A stretch of 64,000 nucleotides of DNA from assembly GCA_002633005.1 (NCBI GenBank), contig NMRA01000572.1, positions 134,534-198,533 on the forward strand, read 5' to 3'. Made by a program: the position numbers and the translations under genes. The first letter of the stretch is position 1. Each line of letters opens with the position of its first letter. This stretch comes from Phoronis australis. Lineage: Eukaryota; Animalia; Phoronida. Shown here piece after piece: positions 34,902 to 46,379 of this stretch. A model generated the notes under the pieces. That model ran no database searches. It saw nothing but the letters and a program-made list of their open reading frames with translations, and had not been told where the DNA came from.

Positions 34902-37486
34902 GTTGACTGACTAGAAAATGAAAGCAAACGACGACGGAACTTAACACAACCGAGGTAGAACAATGACTAACTCGGCAGCTCTCACAGTCAGACTATATGA
35001 AAAGAAATTGGCGCGAAATGCTTGCCTCCTAAAACGTCACTTCCGGAGTAGCGGACGAGTAATTAATAAAATTACAAAAAGCTGTAATTAAGTGGAAAAT
35101 ATGTCTAGGATAATCAACCAACCTTATTTCAACACAAAATGACATGGAAAAAGGTTGCCTTCGCCTTCAATAACTCCAAATTGGGTGCAGGTACGATCTT
35201 TAAATTCAGCATATGACTTTTGACAGTATATAAATTTTGATTGTTTATATAGTCAAATTCCATATTGCACCGGAAGAGGTCGTTTGGTGCAAAGGTCATA
35301 TAATTTTCAAAATGCTACTCCTCCTTCAGGTTTAAAGCTATCTTTTTAAAATTCGGTGCACATGACAATTTAAAAAATTACTTTTCTAAGTAATCGGGTC
35401 ATGCAATCAGGTGAAATAGGTCAAAGGTCTTTAGGTGCAAACTAAAATTTTGAGCTAGACTCTTCAAATTGACAGGTCTAATTGCCACAGGTAAGTCAAA
35501 TCGGAATCCAAAGATTCAGGTCATTTAGTGTAAACATGGGGTCATTAGGTGCATTTTTCTTCTGAAAATTTTACCTTTTCAATCAGCAAGTATTCTGATG
35601 TGTCAACCGTTAGACAAATGTGATTCTCAGCGTTAAACACATTTTCCATGGGCTTTGCAATAATTCTCCTAAAGATGCTTAAAATGCACCGCATAAGGTC
35701 AATTAGTGCAAAGGTCATGTAACGTTCAAAATGTTATATCTCTTACGTTTTTCAAGGAATTCTTTGCAATTTCAGCACACTGGTGTAAGTCAACATGCCA
35801 TTTGAATACCCTACTTTACTTTGCAATAGGCCCAACTAATCAGAAAAATAGGTCAAAGGTCATTGAGTGCAAACTAAAATTTTGAGCTAGAGACTTCTGA
35901 ATTACGTATCTGTTTACTAAGTGCGATTGAGTTTGAATTCTAAATTTTCATGGCATTTGGTGCACCCATGGGGTCATTAGGTGCATTTTTCTTCTAAAAG
36001 TTTGACCACTTCATTCATCTTGCATTCTGAAGTGCTTAACGTAAAACATCTGTGATTATTTGCATTAACCACACTTTTAATCGAGTTAACAATTACTCCC
36101 TCATCCGGGCTCACAATGCACCGGAAGAGGTCAATTAGTGGAAAGGTCATCAAAAAATTAATATGTAATTTCTCCTACAATTTTAAAGAATTCCTTTTCA
36201 TATTGGTAAACGGGTTGCTGTCAGTAACTTCCCATAATAATTCCAGTAATACGCAAGCGCAGAGTCCGTTATTGTCACGCCATGACAATAATCTTTCTAG
36301 TTCTTATTCTTCTTTTTATTCTTCTTCCGACCAAATTTGAGGCTTAATAACTCCAAATTGGGTGCAGGTACGGTCTTCAAATTCAGCATATGACTTTTGA
36401 CAGTATATAAATTTTGATTGGCTATATAATCATATTCCATATCGCACCGGAAGAGGTCGTTTGGTGCAAAGGTCATATAATTCTCAAAATGGTACTCCTC
36501 CTTCAGTTTTAAAGCTATCTTTTTAAAATTCGGTGCACAGCTATAAGTCAACATGACAATTTAAAAAATTACTTTTCTAAGTAATCGGGTCATCCAATCA
36601 GGTGAAATAGGTCAAAGGTCATTAGGTGCAAACTAAAATTTTGAGCTAGACACTTCAAATTGACAGGTCTGATTGCCACAGGTGAATCAAATCGGAATCC
36701 AAACTTTCAGGTCATTTAGTGCAAACATAGGGTCATGAGGTGCATTTTTCTTCTGAAAATTTGACCTATTCAATCAGCAAGTATTCTGATGTGTCATCCG
36801 TTAGACAAATGTGATTCTCAGCGTTAAACACATTTTCCATGGGCTTTGCGATAATTCTCATAAAGGTGCTTAAAATGCACCGGATAAGGTCAATTAGTGC
36901 AAAGGTCATGTAACGTTCAAAATGTTATATGTCTTACGCTTTTTAAGGAATTCTTTTCAATTTCAGCATACTGGTGTAAGTCAACATGCCAATTGAATAC
37001 CCTACTTTACTTTGCAATAGGCCTAACCAATCAGAAAAAATAGGTCAAAGGTCATTGAGTGCAAACTAAAATTTTGAGCTAGAGACTTCAAAATTACGTT
37101 TTCTGTTTACTAAGTGCGATTGAGTTTGAATTCTAAATTTTCAGGTCATTTGGTGTACCCATGGGGTCATTGGGTGCATTTTTATTCTGTAAGTTTGACC
37201 AACTCATTCATCTTTTATTCTGAAATGCTTAAAGTAAAACGTCTGTGATTTTTAGCATTAACCACACTTTTAATCGAGTTAACAATTGGGGCTCATAATG
37301 CACCGAAAGAGGTCATTGGTGGAAAGTTCATCAAAATATTAATATGTAATTTCTCCTACAATTTTAAAGAATTCCTTTTCATAGTGGTAAACGGATTGGA
37401 GTCAGTAACTTGCTATAATAATTCCAGTAATACGCACGCGCAGAGTCCATTATTGTCACGCCGTGAGAATAATCTTTCTAGTTTTT

Positions 37487-38801
37487 ATTATGCGCCCACA
37501 TATTTATATTTTGACGCATTACGCCGTCATCTCCGCCCGTCCACCCGGTGTCCGTCCCGCGTCCGGCGTCTACTGCATTATCTCCAAAACTCTTTGACGT
37601 CCGTTCATGAAATTTTGCACATATGTTCCTATCATGGATGGGACGGCAGTGAGCAAACTTTCGGACGGATCCGACTACCGGTGTGTCCCCTAGTGGCAGT
37701 TTTAGTTTTTACGCTTACCTCTACTTTCAAAGGTCCTCAACGTATTTTCATAAAATTTGGCATATACGCATCTATTAGTGAGATGACGCTATCCTCCCGT
37801 TTTTGGATGTATTTGAAGTAGATTGCGTCACCTAGTGGCCATTTTTGCTGTTTTCGAATCTGTTTTTGGCGTCAACCCTGCTATCAACCAAACCACTGTA
37901 AGGGTGATTGTGGAAATTGGCATGCATGTTTTCATTATGAAGAGGATGGCTGACGATGATTTCCGACGATTTTGACTACTCTGGCACCTCCTAGTAGCAG
38001 TTTTGTCTCTTTGCGCCCATGGCTGTATCTCCTAAACCGTTTGCAGCAGCTTTGCTTAATTTACGAAGTGTATTTATTTGATGTTGACAACGGATGACAA
38101 TTCAACTTCCGGACGGATCTGACTATCAGTGTGCCCTTGCGGCAATTTTCATTTTTCAGGCTTACCTCTGTATCTTCCGTCAAAGGTCCTCAACGGATTA
38201 TCAGAAAGTTTGGAATATAGGCATTTATTGGTGAGATGATGCTATCCTCCCGCTTTCTGATGGAATCGAGGTACGTTTTTCCTGTTTTCTAGTCTTGTTT
38301 TTTGGCGTCCACCCCTCGATCAACCAAACCATTCTGAGGATGATTTTGAAAATTGGTGTATATGTTCTCAGTGTGAAGAGGACGGTTGACGATAACGAAT
38401 TCGACAACTGTAGTGCCTCCTGGTGGTAGTTTTGTTTTTGTTTTTGTTTTGCGCCCATAGCTGCATTTCCTAAACTCACTGCAGGATCTTTATTAAATTT
38501 AGTGATTGTATTTATATGAAGATAACAGCAGATGACGACGTCTTTCGGGGAATCCAATGAAGGCTGTATCCCATAGTGGCAATTTCATTTTTTATATTTT
38601 CCTTTGTTTCTCTGAAGTTCCTCGACAGATTTTTATGAAATTTGGTAAATAGCCTTTTATTGAAGAAGCGATGGTATGTTCCTATTTTCAGATGGATTGG
38701 ACGTTCCTTCGCCCTCTGGTGGCTATTTTTATGAAACAAATAAACAACCCTAGAAACACTCCGTTTGCAGTGCATTCGTGGGCGCATTTCAACGCTCTTG
38801 T
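37487..38801 (+). mobile_element. HINE family 1, near full length
   Basis: 5' TATGCGCCCAC subTIR, CGTCC-type microsatellite, central repeats, 3' GTGGGCGCAT subTIR and CTCTTGTT end; T-rich insertion site. Confidence 0.8.
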
Positions 38802-41310
38802 TTCTCTCCGTACTGTTTCGTTTTGAATAGATTCGCTTGACATTTGGAACATGAATAATATTGCATTATCCATAATACATTGATTCAGCCAGAACGACTT
38901 CGTTCGTACTTATTTAAAGTAGCATTAAACCCGAGCTCCTCTGTAAAAACAAGTTTTGACTTGGACATTTTATAGTTACAAATTTGGTCTCGAATTGTTC
39001 CTTGGTCAATTAGATGTGATTTCTGAAGTGGCCGCTTAGAGGGTGCACACAGGTCGTTTTTTTTCAAACCAAAATTTCAACCACTGAGGTCACGTCGTCG
39101 TACTGAGTTCGCGCTGTGATGAACTGATGAAGTGTCAGTTTTTCTCGAGCCCACGTGATACTTCTAAACTGAGTAACGAATCAGAGACTAATTTTATAAA
39201 GGTAAGTGACCAATATCTAGGCCTACTTCGTTTTTACAGAAAGTGTTTTCACCCCGGTCAACCAGCGATCGAGAGCGCCCGGAAGGCGATCGAGAACGAG
39301 ACCGTGCACCAAAAATGGCAGACGACAGTGAAGTACCCGGTGAGTTTAAGTGTCATTTTCTTCTTAAATGGAGGCTACTTTGGTACCAATGCGACACATC
39401 AAAACATCAGAGCTTAGCCTTTGTTGTGGATCATAAATGATATTTGGCATTTGCTATTTTTTGAAATAGAGACCGCAGAATGCAATGGCTTTCGGTAAAA
39501 TGACTTGCGTCTCGTAAATTCGTCAATTTCTACTTGTTATTAGCAATTCCTGGGTTCTTCAGTGGACACGTGTGACGTTTATAGTTAAATCGTCCCTGGT
39601 GACACCTTTGTTAGTTATAATTTGTGAAACAATTCGAGCTACTTACCGATACAAGCAGGTCCTTGTGTGACACGGCGATCGGGAACGCAAAAAATGCACG
39701 TTTTTTTCTGTGCATTTTCCTGAATAATTGTTCAAGTTACAGTGTTATATCAATAATTTTAGAATAATACGACCATGAATTAGTTGACAGGTCAATTGTT
39801 TGTTATACTTTCAGCGTTTTTTATGATTTCTGTGTGAGATTTAGCCTCACAAATATGATTAAATGCGTTTGATTTTTCAGTTGAACTGTAGCCGCATGAG
39901 GAGTCCTTCAGAGTGTTAACATACACGCCTTCAAAAAAGAGTACCGGTAGCACAACTGCTGCATGTGTGTATGCATATATGTTGTGGAGCTTCGTTCAGG
40001 AAGAAACCTTTTTTGTATAACAACATGACAATAAAACACAGTGTCACTCACTAGCTGGAAGCAAGACCTTTACCAGCCCCGTGTTGCATGGGGCAAGATT
40101 TTTTTTTACCGAATAAGAAAACACAATATGAAGCATAGTGCTCAGGAACCAAGTTGTTTCAGTGCCCTATCTGCGATCAATGTTTCACAGAAAGAGTAAG
40201 CCTGAGGACACTCCTTGTTGTAAGTTGTGAATGTTTCATGCAAAGAGTATGCCTCCTTCTACAGACATGAGAATCAGAATCACCATGAATAAAATTATTC
40301 AGTCCAGTAGTGAATGTTGTTAATTCACGAAACTTTATTCAGATTTACAGAGTTTATGGTTGGTAGTTGTCTGATGTGATAGTATTTTGACGTTTTGTTT
40401 TGAACCTTTTTCCTATTTGTGTTATTTCAGCAGCATCTTTAACAGAACCAGTGCATTTTTGTTGTGTTTGGGTACATTTAAATAGCCACTCTATGTGTCA
40501 TTGGGTGATTCTTACATACAATTGTTATGACCAATTAGTATTTTAAAAGAAAACTGTATGTCTGCCATAACTGTAGAAACTGTTTTCATATTGTTGTTGA
40601 TTCCCTGTGAGAGAATTTTATACTATGAACCGGTCCGAAATAGATTGTCTATGATTCAGTGATGATTTAGTCTAATACACTCCAAAAATAATTAGCAGGA
40701 AATGTACACTGGATGTGTTATGTTGATTTCCCTAAAGCAACGTTTTATATCTTTTCTCCGTATGACCAATTTTGAGGTATGTGTGATAAAAGATTAATAA
40801 TATTATAGAATTGCTTTTGATTTCCTGTGTAATCAATACATTGTGTCTTGAAGTGATGTTAAAGACAACATTTTAACTACGTTTTTTGAGAAAATCACAA
40901 TATAGTAGGTGTATTATATCTTGGCTCACTCTTTTTCGATGTCACGTTAAACTGGAGATCATGAACTGAAGATGCACTCAGGACCAATACTACAAAATAG
41001 AAGAGTCAAACATATGCTGTATATCCAAGCCACACAAGTGCCACAAGTCAATCTGTTCATCTCTGTATCGATAATATCAGTAAAACATATTACCCGTTTT
41101 ATCAGCAAAACAGTTAACACTATTTCTAGCATTTTTTTATATCCCAGACGTTCATGAGCGGTAATCTTTGAATCACTTCACGAATGGTGTTGCAGCACTT
41201 TACTCGCTCCCCACAGGCACGCTCATCATCATTCTTTAAATTCACTGGCGTATTTGTTATTTTTTCCTTTTGCTGTCACAATCTTGCAAGAAGATTCGGC
41301 ACTCGCTTTC

Positions 41311-41625
41311 CAGGGCCGGATCCAGGATTTTGAGTTAGGGGGGCAGGGCACAGGAATAGTCAGAATTTTGCCACATGCGCGCGCCCAGCCTAAAATGTAG
41401 GAATGCAGGGGCCTCGAATTTTTGGGTTTGTGGACCTTATTACTAAAAAAAGATACACGGGTTTGTTCAAGGCCTATGAATTGCGCATTAACCCGGCCCT
41501 CGAGCCCACTTGGGTGCGCGCATATGCTAGTCGGCAATCCGCACCCCGGACTGCCAAATGGTATCTGTGAGAATTTTAGGGGGCATGGCCCCCTTGACAC
41601 CCCCCCCCTCCTAAATCCGCCACTG
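41311..41625 (+). mobile_element. MITE with 5-bp TSD CTTTC, containing a nested CATGCGCGC MITE (41374-41524)
   Basis: CAGGGCCGGAT../..ATCCGCCACTG with CTTTC on both flanks; the inner element is flanked by TGCCA/TGCTA. Confidence 0.85.
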
Positions 41626-44600
41626 CTTTCATCTGCATCAACAATTTGTTTACTCCTGGCTTACACGCCACATGGAGATTGCTGGGTGAGTCTTAGTTTA
41701 GAACCTCTTGTTCCACTTGGTTTCGTCTAAAAGTATGTCTGTATTTCAAAACCCTGGTAGGGTGTACTTTCACCCCCTGATCAATCTGTTCGTTGAAGCT
41801 CGCCTCACAATAATAACATTCAACTTGTTTCCTGAAATGAAAATAGATTCATTTGTGAAAATATCTATAATTAAAATAGGGCTTGATGTACATGTAGTCG
41901 CTCATTTTAATTTAATGGTAATGCTATGATATTGTTTAGTTTGGAAACGAAAGTAACGGTAATGATTCATTGCACCACACTTATATTGTAACCCTTTTCA
42001 TGTTTTATAAGTAAAAAGTTCATAACTGTTCGGCACACCGAGATGCGTTCTCGATCGCATAAACAAAACAAAAATTTCCGATCGCTTATCTTTGCGTTCT
42101 CGATCGCATCTTTCAACAGAAAAGTATCGAAAAATCAGAGATCCTGACAAAACTACGAAAAACAAACGTTGTGTTATATTTTCACTAGTCACTTCTTCAT
42201 AACTTCATGGTCAATTTATTGATTTAGTGCCAAAAATAACCGCAATTAGCCAAAATGACATACGAATCCCCTTGACTCAAGCGACGCCTCTTTCAACGTA
42301 ACTTATCTCCAATAATTGGAACAGACACCAGCCCAAACCTCTACCTGCCCTTCCTCAATGTGTTACACCTTGAACTCGTGTCTTTGTTTTCACATTGGAA
42401 GTAAAAACAAAGTAAATTCATCAAATTTACTCATCTTGCCTGGCTTCGCTTCTCGCAACCGTTTTCGTTCTCGATCGCTTTCCGGTCGTTCTCTATCGTG
42501 GGTTGGCCGGGGTGGGTTTGGTTTAATATCATGAGCGCAACCAGGGGGACGAATTGGGCATAAAGGTCCGCCTCAGTGAGACTGAGACGCACCGGAAAAT
42601 AGTTTGGCGGCCTATTACACTATTGCCACTTGAGGATGGACGTCAGTAGATGTAACCAATTTCAATTCAAACAAGTGGTAAAGTTCACGAAGTTTCAGCG
42701 GGTTTCCCTCGTGAAACGAAATGTGTCGATTACATCGACATATTTTAAAATGCGAGTTTTCACTTTACCCTATATCGTGCCACTGTCACACATCGCCCGT
42801 AACAATACTCGTAATAACGACAGTGATTTCGCTCATATTGTACGACCGAAATCGTTCGCCTGTAAGGATAATATTGACGATCAAGGTTTTATAAACTTCC
42901 ATCTCTATTACAAGCCGAGACGAATATTGCCATACTAGTCTCAGGTATTGGCAAGAGAATGAATACACACAACATGCAATACATGTGGCGGTAAAATTAC
43001 AGAAGCTATGTGAATAGCTGGATGTCATAGGATGGCGACATTATATTGAGTTGGGCTTTGTGTTCTAAAATTCTGAAACTTTCATTTTTTTACAAACAGA
43101 CGGAATTTACAAGAATCGTGATATATAAATCTAACTTTGTCAAAAAGGTTTCTCGTGACCGGTATCTATCATGTGGCTATTAACAGAACTGTTTTTATCG
43201 TCAGAATGTTAATTAAATCTAAGTATCACCCCCTAATTATGCTCGTAATTACGACTGAAGCCACTTTCACATTGAGAACTTATTCCGTCGGCCTAACATT
43301 ATTTATTGACCGCAAGCACCCTATCTTCTGTGAGAAAGTCTTAGTGCGGTAGGCCTACTAAAATTACTTCCCTTCAGAGGATGGAATTAGCGCTTCCATT
43401 CAGTCTCTGACTTCGGATTGCGTTAATTCTATGATACATTCACGTAGAATACATAAAAAGACATCAGCACCAGCGTTTCGGTTTACCGGAATTTTGTATC
43501 TGCCCAAAACTTAGGCAATTAAGTACACTGCCCGAAGTCTAGCTGCCGACCCTTAAGTTAAATAGGCACTCTAACCGACACGTATATTCGAGTAGCTCAG
43601 TCCGCAATTTAAGAATGGTTCTATATAAAAACCATATGAAAATGAAAAATCACTATTTACTCAAAATTCATACAGAGCTAATATTTTGTGCATGTGTTGG
43701 GATGCTAGCCCAAAGTACACTGCTGCAATATTTGCACTCAATGACCTTTGGTTACAGAGATATGACCTATTTGAATATAAACGCATGTTTTGCATTTTTT
43801 CATGTCAGTAAAATTGCACTTTTGGAACGGCAAAAGATCAAACTTGGAAAACTGGTGACAAAGTTTGACATTGATAGTCATAAAGACTCATGTAAGGTTA
43901 GTAAAAAATGAAATTTGAAACTCATAGGTAGATTTAAAATTTCAGCAGGGGAGAAAACTCCGAAACCACTTTTCAGGCCAGTCACAAGTGGCAACTATGT
44001 TGCTTAACCTGCCTGCTATATCGGAATATATCTGAATGAAATTCTCTGTGTAGACACTTCTAAGATTGAACTTTGATAATTGCTTTTAAAAAAACTTGTC
44101 TCTCATATATTTAGTGCTAAACGTGGCCTTCAAATTTGGGCATTTTTGTGATGTGGCCTTACACTGACAAGAAATTGAGGCTACTTTTTAGTCCAGAGAT
44201 ATCACCTAAAATATATTATATATATGATCTAATATCAACAATGCAATACCACAAAAAATTAAGTTTCACTTATGAGACCCCAATTTACTGAAACACTCTG
44301 TTAACTTTACCAATAGCACTTTAGGGTTCGAAATTACATGCACGTCATGTCACTGCAAAGAATTGAGAGGAATTTCCTTCTTGTACATTTGGTCAATTTT
44401 CGTTACTAAAGTGGGATCGCGGAGGAAATGTGACCTTCATTAGCTGTGTTAAAGACGTCATCTGAGGTCGTGCAAAGTGCCACAGAAGTTTGAAAGTATA
44501 TCGGAATTACAGTTGATTCTTGCCGGAGCTGGAGAGAGGAGGCTGGACTGGCAAACCAATGGAAATGCGCCGTTATATGTTTTACACATCGACATGAGTT

Positions 44601-45027
44601 TGGACTTGGCTTTAGACAAAAATTGACGTGTTATTATCCAGAACACACAGCTAGAACGAAGCGGAAGATTGAACTGGGAGTTGACTTTCGCATGTCGCAA
44701 AAGAGTTTTCGCCAGTTTGATTTCAAGTTGTTAGTCCCTGTTGGTGCAAATAAGCTATTAGTAGCAATTGCTAAAAAATTCTTCATATTTATCACAACTG
44801 TTGGCCTGGGTCAACAGGTCGATCATGACTTCAGTTCGGAATATTGAATTAGCTCTCGCTGACAACTTTCGACTTACTGACTGCCCAGGTGCACCTGATA
44901 GGCCTATCCGGTTAGCGGCGGGTTAGGATGGGCTGCTGGACTTTGAAAATTGAAAACATGTTATACAATTGAAAATCTGAAAATTGTGATCCATATTTAT
45001 TCAAGGTATAATGCTAAATGCAGGGTT

Positions 45028-45229
45028 CATGCGCGCACCNATTTGGCGAAGTGGGCAAAAACGTCCGCCTCTGAGAGAAAATGAGGCAAAAGTCCATTAA
45101 ACATGCACAAACGCGCCATTCACAGTGGTGCTACTTTTTTATTCCGCCAACATTTTTGTTACCAAAAGGTCCACGAGTCAGTCGGGAATTCGAGCCCCCC
45201 CCCCATATTGAAGGCTGGGTGTGCGTATG
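45028..45229. mobile_element. MITE, CATGCGCGCACC TIR family, TSD GGGTT
   Basis: TIRs plus a perfect 5-bp duplication. Confidence 0.85.
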
Positions 45230-46379
45230 GGGTTACGCATGTTCTTGTAATTAAATTGTTGATAAAAATGCTTTCTACACGAACCAGGTTATCTGTTCGT
45301 ATTGTTGACGAGTTAAAGATATATTCGACAGTGGTGGTTCATCGCATTTTGCTGTCATGTACAAGTAGTCCTACATGGTTTAATTTGTTGATCAAGAATA
45401 TTAACATCACGCCGCATAGCCTGATCCTGGTGAGGTGGGGACTACTGAGACTAACAGTTGATTTTTCATTGATCTGAAAGAATAATTGATGTTATTAAAT
45501 ATATTTTTAATTTAAACAAAAAACCAGACTCGTAATTGAAAATAAAAATTATTTGACCATCAATTCTGCTTTCTTCTGGTTTTAATAATTCTTACGACTA
45601 TTTCATGTGTTAAGTTTCAAATATCAAGCTTGACCAAGTTGAATTTTAAAATTAAGTTACCTAATTCGTTCGTCCAAAGCATAACCTCGTTTTAGAACTC
45701 GATTCAGTTAACTGGACAGAGCAATCATAGTTATCATGTTTCCAGGAGCCTCGTTCATCCGAGGCCGCGGAAAGATGCCTGTGCCTTCGTGGAGATTTTT
45801 TCGCTGAGTGAGGGGAGAATCTACCTCCCGATCATCATCAATAGCACCTCCGCCGATTGCAAGCTCTCGTAGGCTTTGTCTCAATTTAAAGTAGCATTCT
45901 GTGCTCTTTCAAATTGTCGCCTGTGCGGTTACAGGTGATCGATAGGGGAATTTTTAGGCCTCGTAGGGGAATTACACGTGACTTTTCAATATTTTTGACT
46001 GGAAAGAGGGCCGATATTCAGCCCCAAAATCGAGGGATTGAGGGCCCTGTCTTTTTTGGAAAAAAATGCATCATGTTTCTACCCGTAGTCGTAAGCCTGG
46101 CTGGCCGAAGAGATTCTCCGGTCGTTGCTATCGATGCTTGACAACCGATATGCGACAAAATATGATCTAAACGTTTCGAAAACATTTATAAATTTTACAC
46201 AGACATATTTTCCTTCGTCGCGTCGTATGGCAACGACCCAACGCTTCCGAATCTCAACGTTCTTAGGGATTGTAAAGCAGACAGTTGAGTGTCCGTATTT
46301 TCTAGCCGTTCGAGTAACACTGCCCTACACCACAATTATATGCCAATAAGCTAACACCAGGGCAAAGTATAAAAAAGAA

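Larger units (their letters stand above)
33478..35166 (-). mobile_element. Kolobok deletion derivative, family B, best-preserved copy
   Basis: About 160-bp TIRs (AGGCGAAGGCAAC.. / ..GTTGCCTTCGCCT) and TSD TTAA/TCAA. Convergent KolX and THAP-transposase N-termini. The empty-site paralogue is visible near 36343. Confidence 0.92.
32414..37481 (+). mobile_element. HINE-like family 2, head-to-tail array of three units, the middle one interrupted by Kolobok
   Basis: 5' hairpin ACTCTGCGC..GCGCAGAGT and a (TTC/TTA)n microsatellite. The 3' end has GCGCAGAGT, stem-loop TTATTGTCAyGCCrTGAsAATAA and CTAG at 36300 and 37481. 35171-36300 duplicates about 36349-37481. Confidence 0.78.

Noticed and set aside
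38905-45905. TTAAAGTAGCATT Kolobok-like left termini near 38914 and 45886
   Set aside because: No matching right termini were found.
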